Positions 1-10,276 are shown, counted from the stretch's first letter. The stretch: 64,000 nucleotides of DNA from the human T2T-CHM13v2.0 reference genome, Homo sapiens (GCF_009914755.1 NC_060933.1), one strand, 5' to 3'. Notes: a model not told the origin generated them from the sequence alone. Translations and numbers: made by a program.

Positions 1-162
1 TGGTTATTAGTGTCATAAGCACTAAATTTTTCAAATGCCTAATAAAGCAGCAATAAAATCAAGACTTCGGAGTTGCACTTGCCTGGTATCAACCACTGAA
101 ATATTCAGCCTCTCATCACCTTCACTAGTTCTACCACTTTATACCCAGGAAAAAATGAGAGC

Positions 163-295
163 CATTTACAAGCTTTGTGACCCTCATCAACTCCCAATTT
201 CTCTGGGTTTCATTTCTTCATCTTCAAAATGGGGATGATAATGGCACCTAGTGTATAGGGTTGTTGTGAGAATTATATGAGAAAACATATGTTAA
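163..295 (+). mobile_element. MIR SINE fragment
   Basis: Core-like tttcttcatcttcaaaatggggatgataat...agggttgttgtgagaatt. Confidence 0.75.
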
Positions 296-302
296 CACAG
301 GG

Positions 303-518
303 CAGTAGTGATCAACTGGGAGTGGGGTGATGTTGCCCATCAGGAGACAACTGACTATCTGGAGATATTTTTGGTTGTCATATAGGAGTAGGGGTGCTAC
401 TACGATGTAGAATAGAAGCCAGGGATACGGCTAGACATCCTATAATACACAAAGAAGCCCTCCACAATAAGGAATTACCAGCCCAGCATATCAATCCTTA
501 ACATTTTGAGAAATCCAG
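303..518 (+). mobile_element. MER20 (hAT-Charlie DNA transposon)
   Basis: tctggagatatttttggttgtca...gccagggatacggctagacatcctataat...ttgagaaatccag matches recalled MER20 consensus end to end. Confidence 0.85.
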
Positions 519-536
519 ATGCGAAGTTCAGCACAT

Positions 537-705
537 CAGGACTGGGTTCGAATTTTAGATGCCACCAATCTGGCTGTGTGATCTTGGGTAGATTGCTTAG
601 CCATTTGGAGCTTCAATTTCTCCATCTGTAAAACAGGGATAAAAAATCCTGTCTCACAAGGTTAGTAAGAGTTCAAAGAAGTAATTTATAAAATATGTTT
701 GGCAT
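537..705 (+). mobile_element. MIR SINE
   Basis: ctgggttcgaat...ctgtgtgatcttggg...tttctccatctgtaaaacagggat. Confidence 0.8.
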
Positions 706-970
706 ATTTTCAGTAGGGTCCTTTCTTTTAGTTCCTCTTAAAAGAGGCTGGTTTCCACATTCCTAATGACCTAGGAAGCCTAAGGCTTCCTTACCTTTAA
801 TTCGCAAGTGAGGTACTTTATGTGTTGGCTCAAGGCAGGGCACAGATGGCCCATCATCTGAGCATGCATGCATGGCCAGGCCCTGTTACTGAGGTTAGGA
901 ATCATAGGGCCCCCTATTGGGCCATGGCTCTAGGACAGCCCCATAGACAGCCACAGGCTGACATGCTTAC

Positions 971-1087
971 CCTGAATGCACTATTAACCCCATGATCCTA
1001 TTTTTATATAATGAAAGAACCAACTTATTTTGTAAAAAGAGCATAAAGCCTAAAAATAAATCTAGCTAACAAGGTGAGGTTTACCAT
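971..1087 (-). other. Candidate non-coding internal exon (117 nt)
   Basis: Minus strand: strong acceptor tgtttctcttctctctag| at 1088-1089, strong donor CAGG|gtaagc at 969-970; all three frames contain stops. Confidence 0.25.
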
Positions 1088-1194
1088 CTAGAGAGAAGAG
1101 AAACATTACACCCTTTAACATTTAGGCCATTGGATATAGGATCCCCCAAAATTACCATCAGCTACTTATTTATCCACTTAAATGAGAGAGAGCA

Positions 1195-1287
1195 GAGGTG
1201 TAGATAAATCAATGCTGTTTTAGATTTTATTTGTGACCTCAAAGAGCACATAAAATCTAAAACATTGCATTGATTTGTCTATATCTT
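1195..1287 (+). other. Long imperfect inverted repeat / pre-miRNA-like hairpin
   Basis: About 39-bp stem (1195-1235 with 1247-1287), two 2-nt bulges, four G-U pairs, 11-nt loop. The structure is directly visible; its function is unknown. Confidence 0.85.
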
Positions 1288-1448
1288 GATGCAAAAAGCA
1301 TCAAGGATATGCAAGATCTTGGTGTACCCTTCCAAACATGCTGTTGTTTCTGGATGTCTCATCCCAGGTACTCTCATGTTAAACTTGGCACTGCTGTCAG
1401 TGGAGTAGGAGAGGCTTGGAATTTCACTACTCTGGGGGCAACCTGAAC
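1205..1448 (-). other. Candidate terminal exon of a minus-strand non-coding transcript
   Basis: Branch-like gttaat about 32 nt upstream, acceptor tgtgattttcatag| at 1449-1450, AATAAA at 1226-1231 (minus); 3' end estimated. Confidence 0.25.
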
Positions 1449-2519
1449 CTATGAAAATCACAAACATACAGCAGTAAAATTAACTTGCACTAGGAGAGAG
1501 ATGTGGAGACCTCCCCATAACCTCACTTCTCTCCAAGTCCCAAGGCCACCCAAGTCATCTTCATTCCCCTACTTTCTAGCACAATCAATTCCAACATCCT
1601 TTGTCAATTGAACGCTCATTTTTTTTTTTTTTTTGTCCACCTAGTGTACTCAAAGTACAAAATGACTAAGGGCATGGTTCAAGCCCTCAAGGAATAGTAA
1701 AGGCAGAGGAAACAAGATCCCCACTGCCCCCAAAATTAAGGGCTGCTGTGCCCTAAGAAAGAAAAGATGCAAATCAGAATCAGGGTTCTTAATATTTGTG
1801 TTTTGAGCCCAGTGACACACCTCCCTCCTGGGAAGGGGAGAGAAGGGAGTTGCGTGAGTGGCTCTGCTATAGGATTTTTGCTCCGGATAGAGATGGAAAC
1901 AAGCAAACACTACACAACTGCTGCCACAGCATGGAGCCTGTGATGAAGTCAGCAGGCAGGTGCCGCCTCACTCTCCCTCATCCCCCTCATCGTTATCACA
2001 CACAGCTGCATCAGCTTTTACTTTTCATTCCGGTCAAATACACTGTAAATTCATCCTGCTCATCAGGAAGTCTCCTGTTAAGGAAATGAGACTCTGACGC
2101 GATCCCAGCAGAGTGCCAAGACCAGAGAAGCTCAGACCCCCAGTGGCTCTCTGCCTGAGGGAGACTTAGCCACACAAATGGAAGGCTGCTTTTGTCTTTC
2201 TGGGATGGTGGAGGGGGGAGCAATGCTGCCTTCCAGGGCTACCCCTAGCGTGGGTCTCAGAATCTTGAGAATAAAGGACCCTGCCTACGTTTTCTCTGTA
2301 CTGTCAGCTTTGCCCAGGAAAAAAATGTGCTCTCCATCTACCCTGGGTCGGGACAAAATGCAATGTTGTGTAATCCTATGGCAGCCCTTGAAGTATGTAG
2401 GTAGTATCTTCATTTTATAGTGGAAAAGAAAATGATTCTCAGAGAACAGAGAAGGGCCTCTTTCCCCAAGGAGGCCTCCTCAGCTATAAAATTCACTTTA
2501 CATTGAAATATGTGCAAGT

Positions 2520-3242
2520 GGTTAAGAAAGAATCTGATCTTGTTACTCCTTTGCTTAAAACCCTCCAAAAGCTTCCCCATTGCCTGAGGCAGTACTTCTC
2601 AACCCTGGCTGCACACTGGAATTACCTGGGGAAATTTAAAAAATGCCAATGTTCTGGCCCCAACCCAGACCAATTAAACCAGAATCTATGGGGGTGGAAC
2701 TCAGGCTTGGCACTGGTGTTTTTTGAAAGCTGCTGAGCAATTCTCAAGTGCTGTCAAGATTAAGAACCACTGCCCTAAGGGATTAGTGTCAGGCTCCTCA
2801 ACATCTCTTGCCGAATCCTCTGCAGCCAGGCCCTTGCTTATTTCTGTGGCCCTATCACTCACCACTCTCTCCTACTCCCTCCTTAGCCATTCTTCATCCC
2901 TCCTCTGCCAGCTTGAGCTTCTCCAGAGGAGTTACACACTCACGCCTCTTTGCTTTGATGCTCTACCATCGATCTCCCTAAAATGCCACTCCCTCTCTTC
3001 ACCTAACTCCTACTTGTTCTTTCAGATGGAGCTCAGCACTGCTGCCTCCAGGAAGCCTTCCCTGACACCCTCTAGTGATCCTCCTAGGTGCTCTATATGA
3101 GCATACCTCTAGCACTCCCATACATTGCAGCTGATTTTCACTTGTCTTCTCCCTCCCTGGAATGAGTGCCTTGACCAGAACAGATCCTATGCTTCTGCTC
3201 ATTCTCAGTACACAGCACCAGGGCACTCAAAAAGTTTGTTGA
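2520..3242 (+). mobile_element. L2 LINE 3' region (interrupted by MER5A)
   Basis: ctcctttgcttaaaaccctccaa...cctccaggaagccttccctgac...gcactcaaaaagtttgttga (L2 tail). Confidence 0.75.
2590..2772. mobile_element. MER5A (hAT-Charlie MITE)
   Basis: Termini cagtacttctcaa / ttaagaaccactg; degenerate 8-bp TSD gcctgagg / ccctaagg. Confidence 0.85.
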
Positions 3243-3791
3243 TCCAAAAGAATCGAGAGTAGGGACTCACACACACACTCATCCTTGTACACCAATGTTC
3301 ACAGTGGCATTATTCACAATTGCCAGAAGTGGGAAACAACCCAAGTGTGCATCACAGATGAACGGATAAGCAAAATGTGGCATATAATACATACAATGGG
3401 ATATTATTCAGCCTTTAAAAAGAAGGAAATTCTGACACATGTGCAACATGGATGGACCTTGGAAATGTTATACTAAGTTAAATAAGCTTGACACACAAGG
3501 ATAAATATTGTACATGTATGTGAGATGCCTAAAATAGGCAAATTTATAGAGACAGAAATTAGATTAGGGGTTACCAGGAGACAGGGGCGTGAAGGGGAAG
3601 GGGTAATGGGAGCTGTTTAGTAGGTACAGAGTTTCTGTTTGAGATGATGAAAAAGTTCTCAAAATGGGTAATGGTGATGGTTGCACAACATTGTCAATGT
3701 ACTTAATGCCACTAAATTATACACTTAAAAATAGCTAAAATAGTAACTTTTATGTTATGTGCATTTTACCACAATTTTAAAAAGAAAAAAA
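3243..3791 (+). mobile_element. L1MB-type LINE-1 3' end
   Basis: Typical L1M 3' UTR (aaatgtggcatat...gatgatgaaaaagttct...attttaccacaat) and A tail; inserted into the L2 tail. Confidence 0.85.
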
Positions 3792-4332
3792 TTGCTGAAT
3801 AAATAAATCACATTGTACTTAGAAGAGCAACTAAAGCCTTACTCACAGCCCCTTACACCATGTGATGTGGCTCCTGCTGTCCTCTCTGATCTCATCTCCT
3901 ACCCTTTTCCCATAAACATTCTACTCTGACCACATTGCACTCTTGTTTTTTCTGCAAAAATACCAGACTTGTTCTCTCAAGTTCATTGCAATAGCTTTCC
4001 AGTGCTTAAAATGATCTTCTTCTACATCTTCATATGGCTTCCTCCCTCCCTCTTAATTATGTATCCTTCCTCAGAAGGACATGACCACTCCATTTCAAAC
4101 TGCTAACTTCACTCCTGCCATCCAAATTACTCTGTGTATTGGTTAAGCTAATGCTTGCTGATGTCATGAACAAACTCTAGAATCTCAGTGACTTAAAACA
4201 GTCCTAAACTTTCGGGTGCATCCGGATCATTTTGAGGACTTTTTAAAACACAGTTTGCCAGACCCCACCCCTCCAAGATTCAGTATATCTAGGGTGGGGC
4301 CCATGAATATCCATTTGTGGCAAGTTCCCAGG

Positions 4333-5071
4333 TGCTATGGCTTGAATGTTTTTGTCACCTCCAGTTAAAACAATCCCCACTGCAACAGTGTTGTATTAGT
4401 CCATTTTCATGCTGCTGATAAAGACATACTGGAGGCTGGGCAATTTACAAAAGAAAGAGGTTTATTGAACTTACAGTTCCATGTGGCTGGAGAGACCTCA
4501 CAATCATGGTGGAAGGTGAAAAGCACGTCTCACATGGTGGCAGACAAGCCAAGAGAGACTGTGCAGGGAAACTCCTGTTTTTAAAACCATCAGATCTCAT
4601 GAGACTTATTCACTATCACGAGGACAATGCAGGAAAGACCCACTCCCATAATTCAACCACCTTCCACCGGGTTCTTCCCACAACACATGGGAATTGTGGG
4701 AGTTACGATTCAAGATGAGATTTGGGTGGAGACACAGCCAAACCATATCAAGTATTAGTAGGTGGAGTCTTTACTTTAGGAGGTGAATAGGCCATGAGGG
4801 CTCCACTCTCATTAATGAGATTAGTGACCTTATAGAAGGACCAGCCGGAACTAGCTAGACTCCTTTTCCCCTTTTGTCCCTTTTACCATGTGGGGACACA
4901 GTGTTCAAAGTGCCATCTTAGAAGCAGAAAACAGCCTTCACTAGATACCAAATCTGCTTTGCTCTGATCTTGGACTTCCCAGTCCCCAGAACTATGAGAA
5001 ATACATTTCTATTATTTATAAATTACCCAGTCTTAGGTATTTTGTCATAGCATCACAAACAGACTAAAACC
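4333..5071 (+). mobile_element. MST-family MaLR solo LTR (MSTC/MSTD-like), split by THE1
   Basis: tgctatggcttgaatg...ttataaattacccagtcttaggtattttgtcatagca; perfect 5-bp TSD ccagg. Confidence 0.85.
4392..4750 (-). mobile_element. THE1 (B/C-like) solo LTR
   Basis: tgtattagtccattttcatgctgctgataaagac...acacagccaaaccatatca; TSD agtgt/agtat. Confidence 0.92.
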
Positions 5072-5731
5072 CCAGGTGATGCTGATGCTGCTAGTCTAGG
5101 GACCCAATTTTGAGAACCACTGGTTTAACACAGTTTATTTCTCACTCACATGACCATTCTATATGGGCACTTTGAGCTGATAAGTATTCCTCCATCCAGT
5201 GATTCAAGGATCCTGTGGCTCCACTTCTTTTAACACAGTGCCCACAGTTGTCCCAGGAGTGGTCTCCCTCCAAGTCAACCAAAATAGAAAAAAGCATGAA
5301 GGACCATACATTAAAAATTGTTATGGTCCATGCCTGCAAGTGGCATGTCACTTCTTTTCACATTTTATTGGCCAGAACTCAGTCAAATGACCACACTGAA
5401 CTGCAAGGGAAGTTGACAAATACACTCTATCTTTGTGTCCATGTGAAAGAGTAAATGGGATTGGTAATCTACTATACCTACCAGCCCCTCATGCTATTAT
5501 ATTTGTCTCCATAATAAGGCCTATCTCTACCTGATATGAAATCACATATTTATTTGCTTACCTTTTAATTGCCTCTCTTCATGAGAGTGTAAGCTACACA
5601 AGGGCAGAGACCCTCTCTTATTCATCACTGTATTTTCAGTACCTAGTACAGTGCTTGGAACTGTGAACACATAAGACACCAATAACTATTTCTTGAATTA
5701 TTAAATGCATTTTTGTGGGGCACACTCTCTG

Positions 5732-5741
5732 ATGACGTCAT
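5732..5741. promoter_or_regulatory. Perfect palindromic CRE/ATF site ATGACGTCAT
   Basis: Exact 10-bp palindrome with intact CpG; motif only. Confidence 0.3.
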
Positions 5742-6689
5742 ATTTACCTCTTCTTTCAGATGCTCTGGAAACCATATTCTTTATCCTGCTTATGTCACTG
5801 AGCCGCTGCCATCAGAGTAGGCCCGTGTTTACTTAAGCCAACATATGGGACAAGTTTTTCTAATAGCAGTAACAAACTTATGTTGCCCTCACAACTGCTC
5901 TGTCCTGAGCATAGCGGTCATGGTGTCTTATCATTCCCAATGTCTCTTTCTAGTTCACCCTAGCGGCCTTCTTCGTAAGTGACAAGAAGAGCCCCCAAGT
6001 TCATTCCCAGCCAGGCTGAGGACTCATGAGCTGGTCTAGCATAAAGCAAACTCTAAATGGACTGATGGTAACTAAGACAGATAACTATCCTGTGGGATTT
6101 GAATTAGAGCAGTTTGGAAATTAATCAGCAAAACATAAAAGAGTAAATACACAGAAAGAAGTAGACACACTCTGACTGTGAAGTAGTGACAGTCAAGAGA
6201 GATGAAGCAACTGCCTTGGATCCTCATAGCCTTCCTGTTTCAAATGTAGTAAATTGCAGGATGTCTTTAAAATAAACCCCATTTATGAAGGGGTCTAAAT
6301 GAGTAACTGCTCCTCATTTGGTTATGGGCCTGACTAAGCTGAATCAGTACCTGTTGACAAGATAGCCAACAGTTTAGTAAGGGGGCTCAGTGAGGGGTTA
6401 GCACATTCATATGCCACTTAAATGTCATATGAATGCCAGTTTAACAAAATGAACTGCTCCACCCAGAGATGGTATCTAGGTCTACATACTCCATCCAGGA
6501 TATTAGTTGCTCCCTGCCCTCATTACCTTATACTAAGGATAACACAGCAGTTTCTTCACTACCTTCCTCATCTCTTCTGCACCTTTTCATCAGATTCATC
6601 TCTCATAAATCACGACTTTTGCTCCAACACTCCCCTGCTCTGAACCCTCCATGTTTTCCCACAGATCACAGAACTAACATTTAATTTAC

Positions 6690-6895
6690 ATTTGTGTGAT
6701 AAGAATTCTTCCAGGGCTGCATATACATTGTCTCACTTAATCCTCAGACCAACCCTAGAATTAGGACCACCATCTTTATTTTGCAGCTATAGTGATTGGA
6801 TCATGAAAGGAATGAATAAATTGCCCACAAACATGGAGCTAGGAACCAGCAGAGCCAAAGTAGAAACCCACGTGTGCCTGTTTCTAAAGCTTCTC
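6690..6895 (-). mobile_element. MIR SINE
   Basis: tctcacttaatcctcagaccaaccct...ttgcccac...gcagagccaaagtagaaaccc. Confidence 0.7.
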
Positions 6896-6909
6896 CTATT
6901 TACAAATAG

Positions 6910-7180
6910 TATGCATTCTTTCATTCATTCAGATATTGGCTGAGTGTCAACCATGTGCTGGGAATTATGCTAGATACCAGGATTACAATAATTTACTGAT
7001 AGATAAAGTATCATTAGTATTAGACAGGGAGTCTGAATGCTAAGGAAGCAAACTGAGGGAACTCTTTCAAGCCTAGCTTCATTGCTCAGGGAAGCCCTTC
7101 TCAAGGCAGTGTCATTGAAGTTATCTGAAGGTCGAATAGGAGTGAGCAACCTGCTTTCTATCAGGAACATAATCCTGGTA
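6910..7180 (-). mobile_element. L2 3' end
   Basis: ttcattcattcagatattggctgagtgtcaaccatgtgctgg. Confidence 0.65.
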
Positions 7181-8139
7181 GTAAAGAGACAGCATAATGC
7201 CTTTCTCTCTCTGACTCTCATAGACTGCTGGGCAGGGAAGAGGGAGGCTGGGGGAAGAAGGGATGAAGGGAAAAACCCGAAAAGACCTATTAATTGTCAA
7301 ATGATATCACCAAAGCATATTTTGTATTTCAACGATTCCTATCCTTTGGGTTTCCAATTGTTCCTGTGTAATTTTAAACTAAAATCTATTTCCTTACCCA
7401 GCAGCATCTCTTTCTTCTTCCATACAGAGATGCAATTTCATTGCTAGTCTGTTGGCAGTGCTAATTATATTCTCCCTAGCACATTCCTGATGGCATGGAA
7501 TTAAATAAGGCAGGTGTGGAGGTGACAGAACAAAACAAAATATATGACTTATATGACAGACTGATTGGTCTGGTGGAGGACAAGGTAAAAACAGCAAATG
7601 TTATTCTATATAAAGATTAGGGCAAAAGGCACAATAGAGTCACACTTTTATACAGATAAATCACACCAAATTGAAAATAATTTTTAGCAGTTTCCTCTAT
7701 TATAAATGTAGTCTGAACACACTGTCTTACTGTTTTCAGCCTTTCACAAGCTTCTGATTTACCTTCTATTTAAGATGTCTCCAAATTAACAGAGAGAACT
7801 ATTTTGATAGAATATTCAATTTTGCATTTACAACTTGAAGGTTGATTCACAATCATCACTTCAACATCAGAGTGAAAGTAGAAATTATAAACATCTTTAT
7901 AAGAGCTTTACCAAATGGGGACAAAAATGGAAAATAAATTCTGGATAAGAGGCAGAAATAGAAAATCTGGGCAAATAAGTCAGACTGTACATCCAAACTG
8001 GATTAGATAAGTTTCGTAAGCGATAAAATATTTGTGGGAATGGGATGTCCCCAAATCAGAAAGCCTGACTTGTGGTTTTGCTGATGCCTCCCATAAAAGA
8101 GAAACTATAATTTCAGTCATATGCATATATACTATAGTT

Positions 8140-8420
8140 GTGTGTTCACCAAATCCCATTTCCTTTTCTCCCTGGGTTCATCTTCTGTGCCCATATTCCC
8201 AGCCTCCCCTAGATGAGGTGTGGCCTCGAGACTGAGTTCCATCCAATGAAACGTGAATGGAAGACCTAGGGGAGCCTGGAACCATGAATGAATAAGCAGA
8301 GCACAGCCATCCCACCCCTCCACACACATCTGCCCTGACCCACATTAGACCGCAATGGAAGGGAGCAAATGCCTTAAGTGACTGAGCTTCCAGTGTTGTT
8401 TTTTTTGTCCAGTAGCTGAC
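8140..8420 (+). mobile_element. Old MLT1-like LTR fragment
   Basis: ttcccagcctcccct...gtgtggcc...gactgagttc...caatgaaacgtgaatggaag. Confidence 0.5.
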
Positions 8421-8860
8421 CAACCATAAGTCAACCAAAGGCATGACCAACCAAAGGCAGAAATGACACAGGGCCCACCATAGTAGACCACAATGTTGTA
8501 GGCCATGAGTTAACCTACAGATGAACGAGTTAACTGCAGATGTTCTAAATGGTTCTACTGGATATCGATGGTTGAAAAACTTTATATTAAGATATAACAA
8601 GGTTTTTGAATAAATTTCCAAAGGCCAGAGCATATAAGAGGAACCAAGTTATAAAGGAGGAGTGGACAGAAGGAAAGATGAGTAAGGGGGTAATGCAACT
8701 GGTACCTAAGATGCCGCTTCCAAATTTGTGAGCCCCTGAAAGAGGTAATCAGGTTCCTCTTTGTCTAAATGCCTCATGTATGCACCAGCGACTAAAGTCC
8801 AAAACCTCTAAAGTTGGCACTAAACACTTTCCATAATCTCATCCCTGCCCAGCTCTTTAA

Positions 8861-8991
8861 CCCATTTATGCTGGAGGTTGCAAATTTTTGTGTGTGAAAA
8901 ATCAGACCTTGGCAATGACCTTGAGCAGTAGGGAGGATATAAATAACTCCCACAAGCTTAGCATTCCAATGATGGAACACTAGGCATAAAT
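8861..8991 (-). mobile_element. MER85 (piggyBac/PGBD3-derived MITE)
   Basis: TTAA TSDs at 8857-8860 and 8992-8995; TIR cccatttatgc; internal atcagaccttggcaatgaccttgagcagtagg...ataaataactcccaca; internal palindrome at 8963-8978. Confidence 0.92.
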
Positions 8992-9175
8992 TTAATCTTC
9001 AACTACTATCTATCCTCTGCTTGACCCACCCTGTATTGCATGTGTTTCCTTAACAACTCCCACCTTATGCCTTTATGTGTAACATTCCCTTTGTAAGGTG
9101 TACCCTTCCCCCACCTCATTTACTTTCATAATTCATAATCATCTTTCCAAGCTGAGCTTAAACCACATCTGCTGA

Positions 9176-9532
<357 letters not shown>

Positions 9533-9876
9533 TAACCCTTTATAACCACATGTATCACAGCACTTATGAAAGTCATCATTGTTGCTCTTCATTCTCATCC
9601 TTGGCTAGATGGGTATGTCCTTGATGACAAGAATGACGTGTGATGGCTCTTTCCTCCCGTTGGCCTGTTGAGTATCTTGCCCCTTGCTCCCCCCACCCCA
9701 CCACAGTAACAAACAATAAGTGTGTGATTGAGTTGAAAACGAGGCACTTCCTGGGGTGTACAGTCCAGATGTGACTAGAGACAGTGGAATGCTGTGAAGA
9801 TTTTCCAGGAAACCTAGGAAATATGCCAGCAAAAGAAGTCCACTGCAGCTCTTGAATAAGTTTTGCTTTACAGATT

Positions 9877-9895
9877 GTCAGTCAGTCAGTCAGTC
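9877..9895. repeat. (GTCA)n microsatellite
   Basis: gtcagtcagtcagtcagtc. Confidence 0.9.
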
Positions 9896-10276
9896 TTGAG
9901 GTGAAATTACACTTTTCTGTAAGTACAGATGTCAAAGGAAAGCAAGCTTAGGAACGTATACATTCTCTAAAGATGGCTTAGAATGTATACAAATAAAAAG
10001 TGAACATGACAACCTGAGAAATAAAAATAAATCTAGATCAAATGACTTCTTGATTCCAAAGGCCACCCCTTCCTGACTTCACACATTAAAAATATTCATT
10101 TTCCCGTTAAAGTGTGTTTTTATTCCACTGTTAAAATGCAAGTACCAGAAATATCCTACATGTACAATAGGGGCATGGTTAATTACATCATGGACTATCC
10201 AAAGGAAGAAATTGTAATGGCATAGAAAAATGTTCACTTCCAATTTTGACTAAAAGGACCATAAAAACTCTATTGA

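Larger units (their letters stand above)
4199..5122. mobile_element. MER5A (pieces 4199-4332 and 5072-5122)
   Basis: gattcagtatatctagggtggggccc...caagttcccagg | ccaggtgatgctgatgctgct...ttgagaaccactg. Confidence 0.85.
4135..5483 (-). mobile_element. Old MLT1-family MaLR LTR (pieces 4135-4198 and 5123-about 5483)
   Basis: tgtattggttaagct...aatctcagtgacttaaaa / cagtttatttctcactcaca...ttggccagaactcagtca. Confidence 0.65.
3810..5708 (+). mobile_element. L2 LINE 3' region, split by a nested LTR/DNA-transposon stack (pieces 3810-4134 and about 5484-5708)
   Basis: ggctcctgctgtcctctctgatctcatctcc...; agtgtaagctacacaagggcagagacc...cctagtacagtgcttgg. Confidence 0.7.

Noticed and set aside
734-917. Several short inverted repeats (cctctt/aagagg, aggaagcc/ggcttcct, cagatg/catctg, ataggg/ccctat)
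   Set aside because: 6-8-bp stems are common by chance and share no sequence or regular spacing; not a CRISPR or attC-like array.
5760-5974. Plus-strand exon-like segment (tttcag|...TTC|gtaagt); similar minus-strand one at 42210-42276
   Set aside because: Splice-like pairs are abundant in non-coding DNA and I could not link them into a coherent gene model.
8417-8459. Short degenerate direct repeats (caaccaaaggca, tgaccaacca)
   Set aside because: Two to three copies only, consistent with local slippage; no spacer structure.
9629-9645. 17-mer aagaatgacgtgtgatg repeated exactly at 61915-61931
   Set aside because: One 17-mer match in 64 kb has a rough chance expectation of 0.1-0.2, and the flanks do not align.
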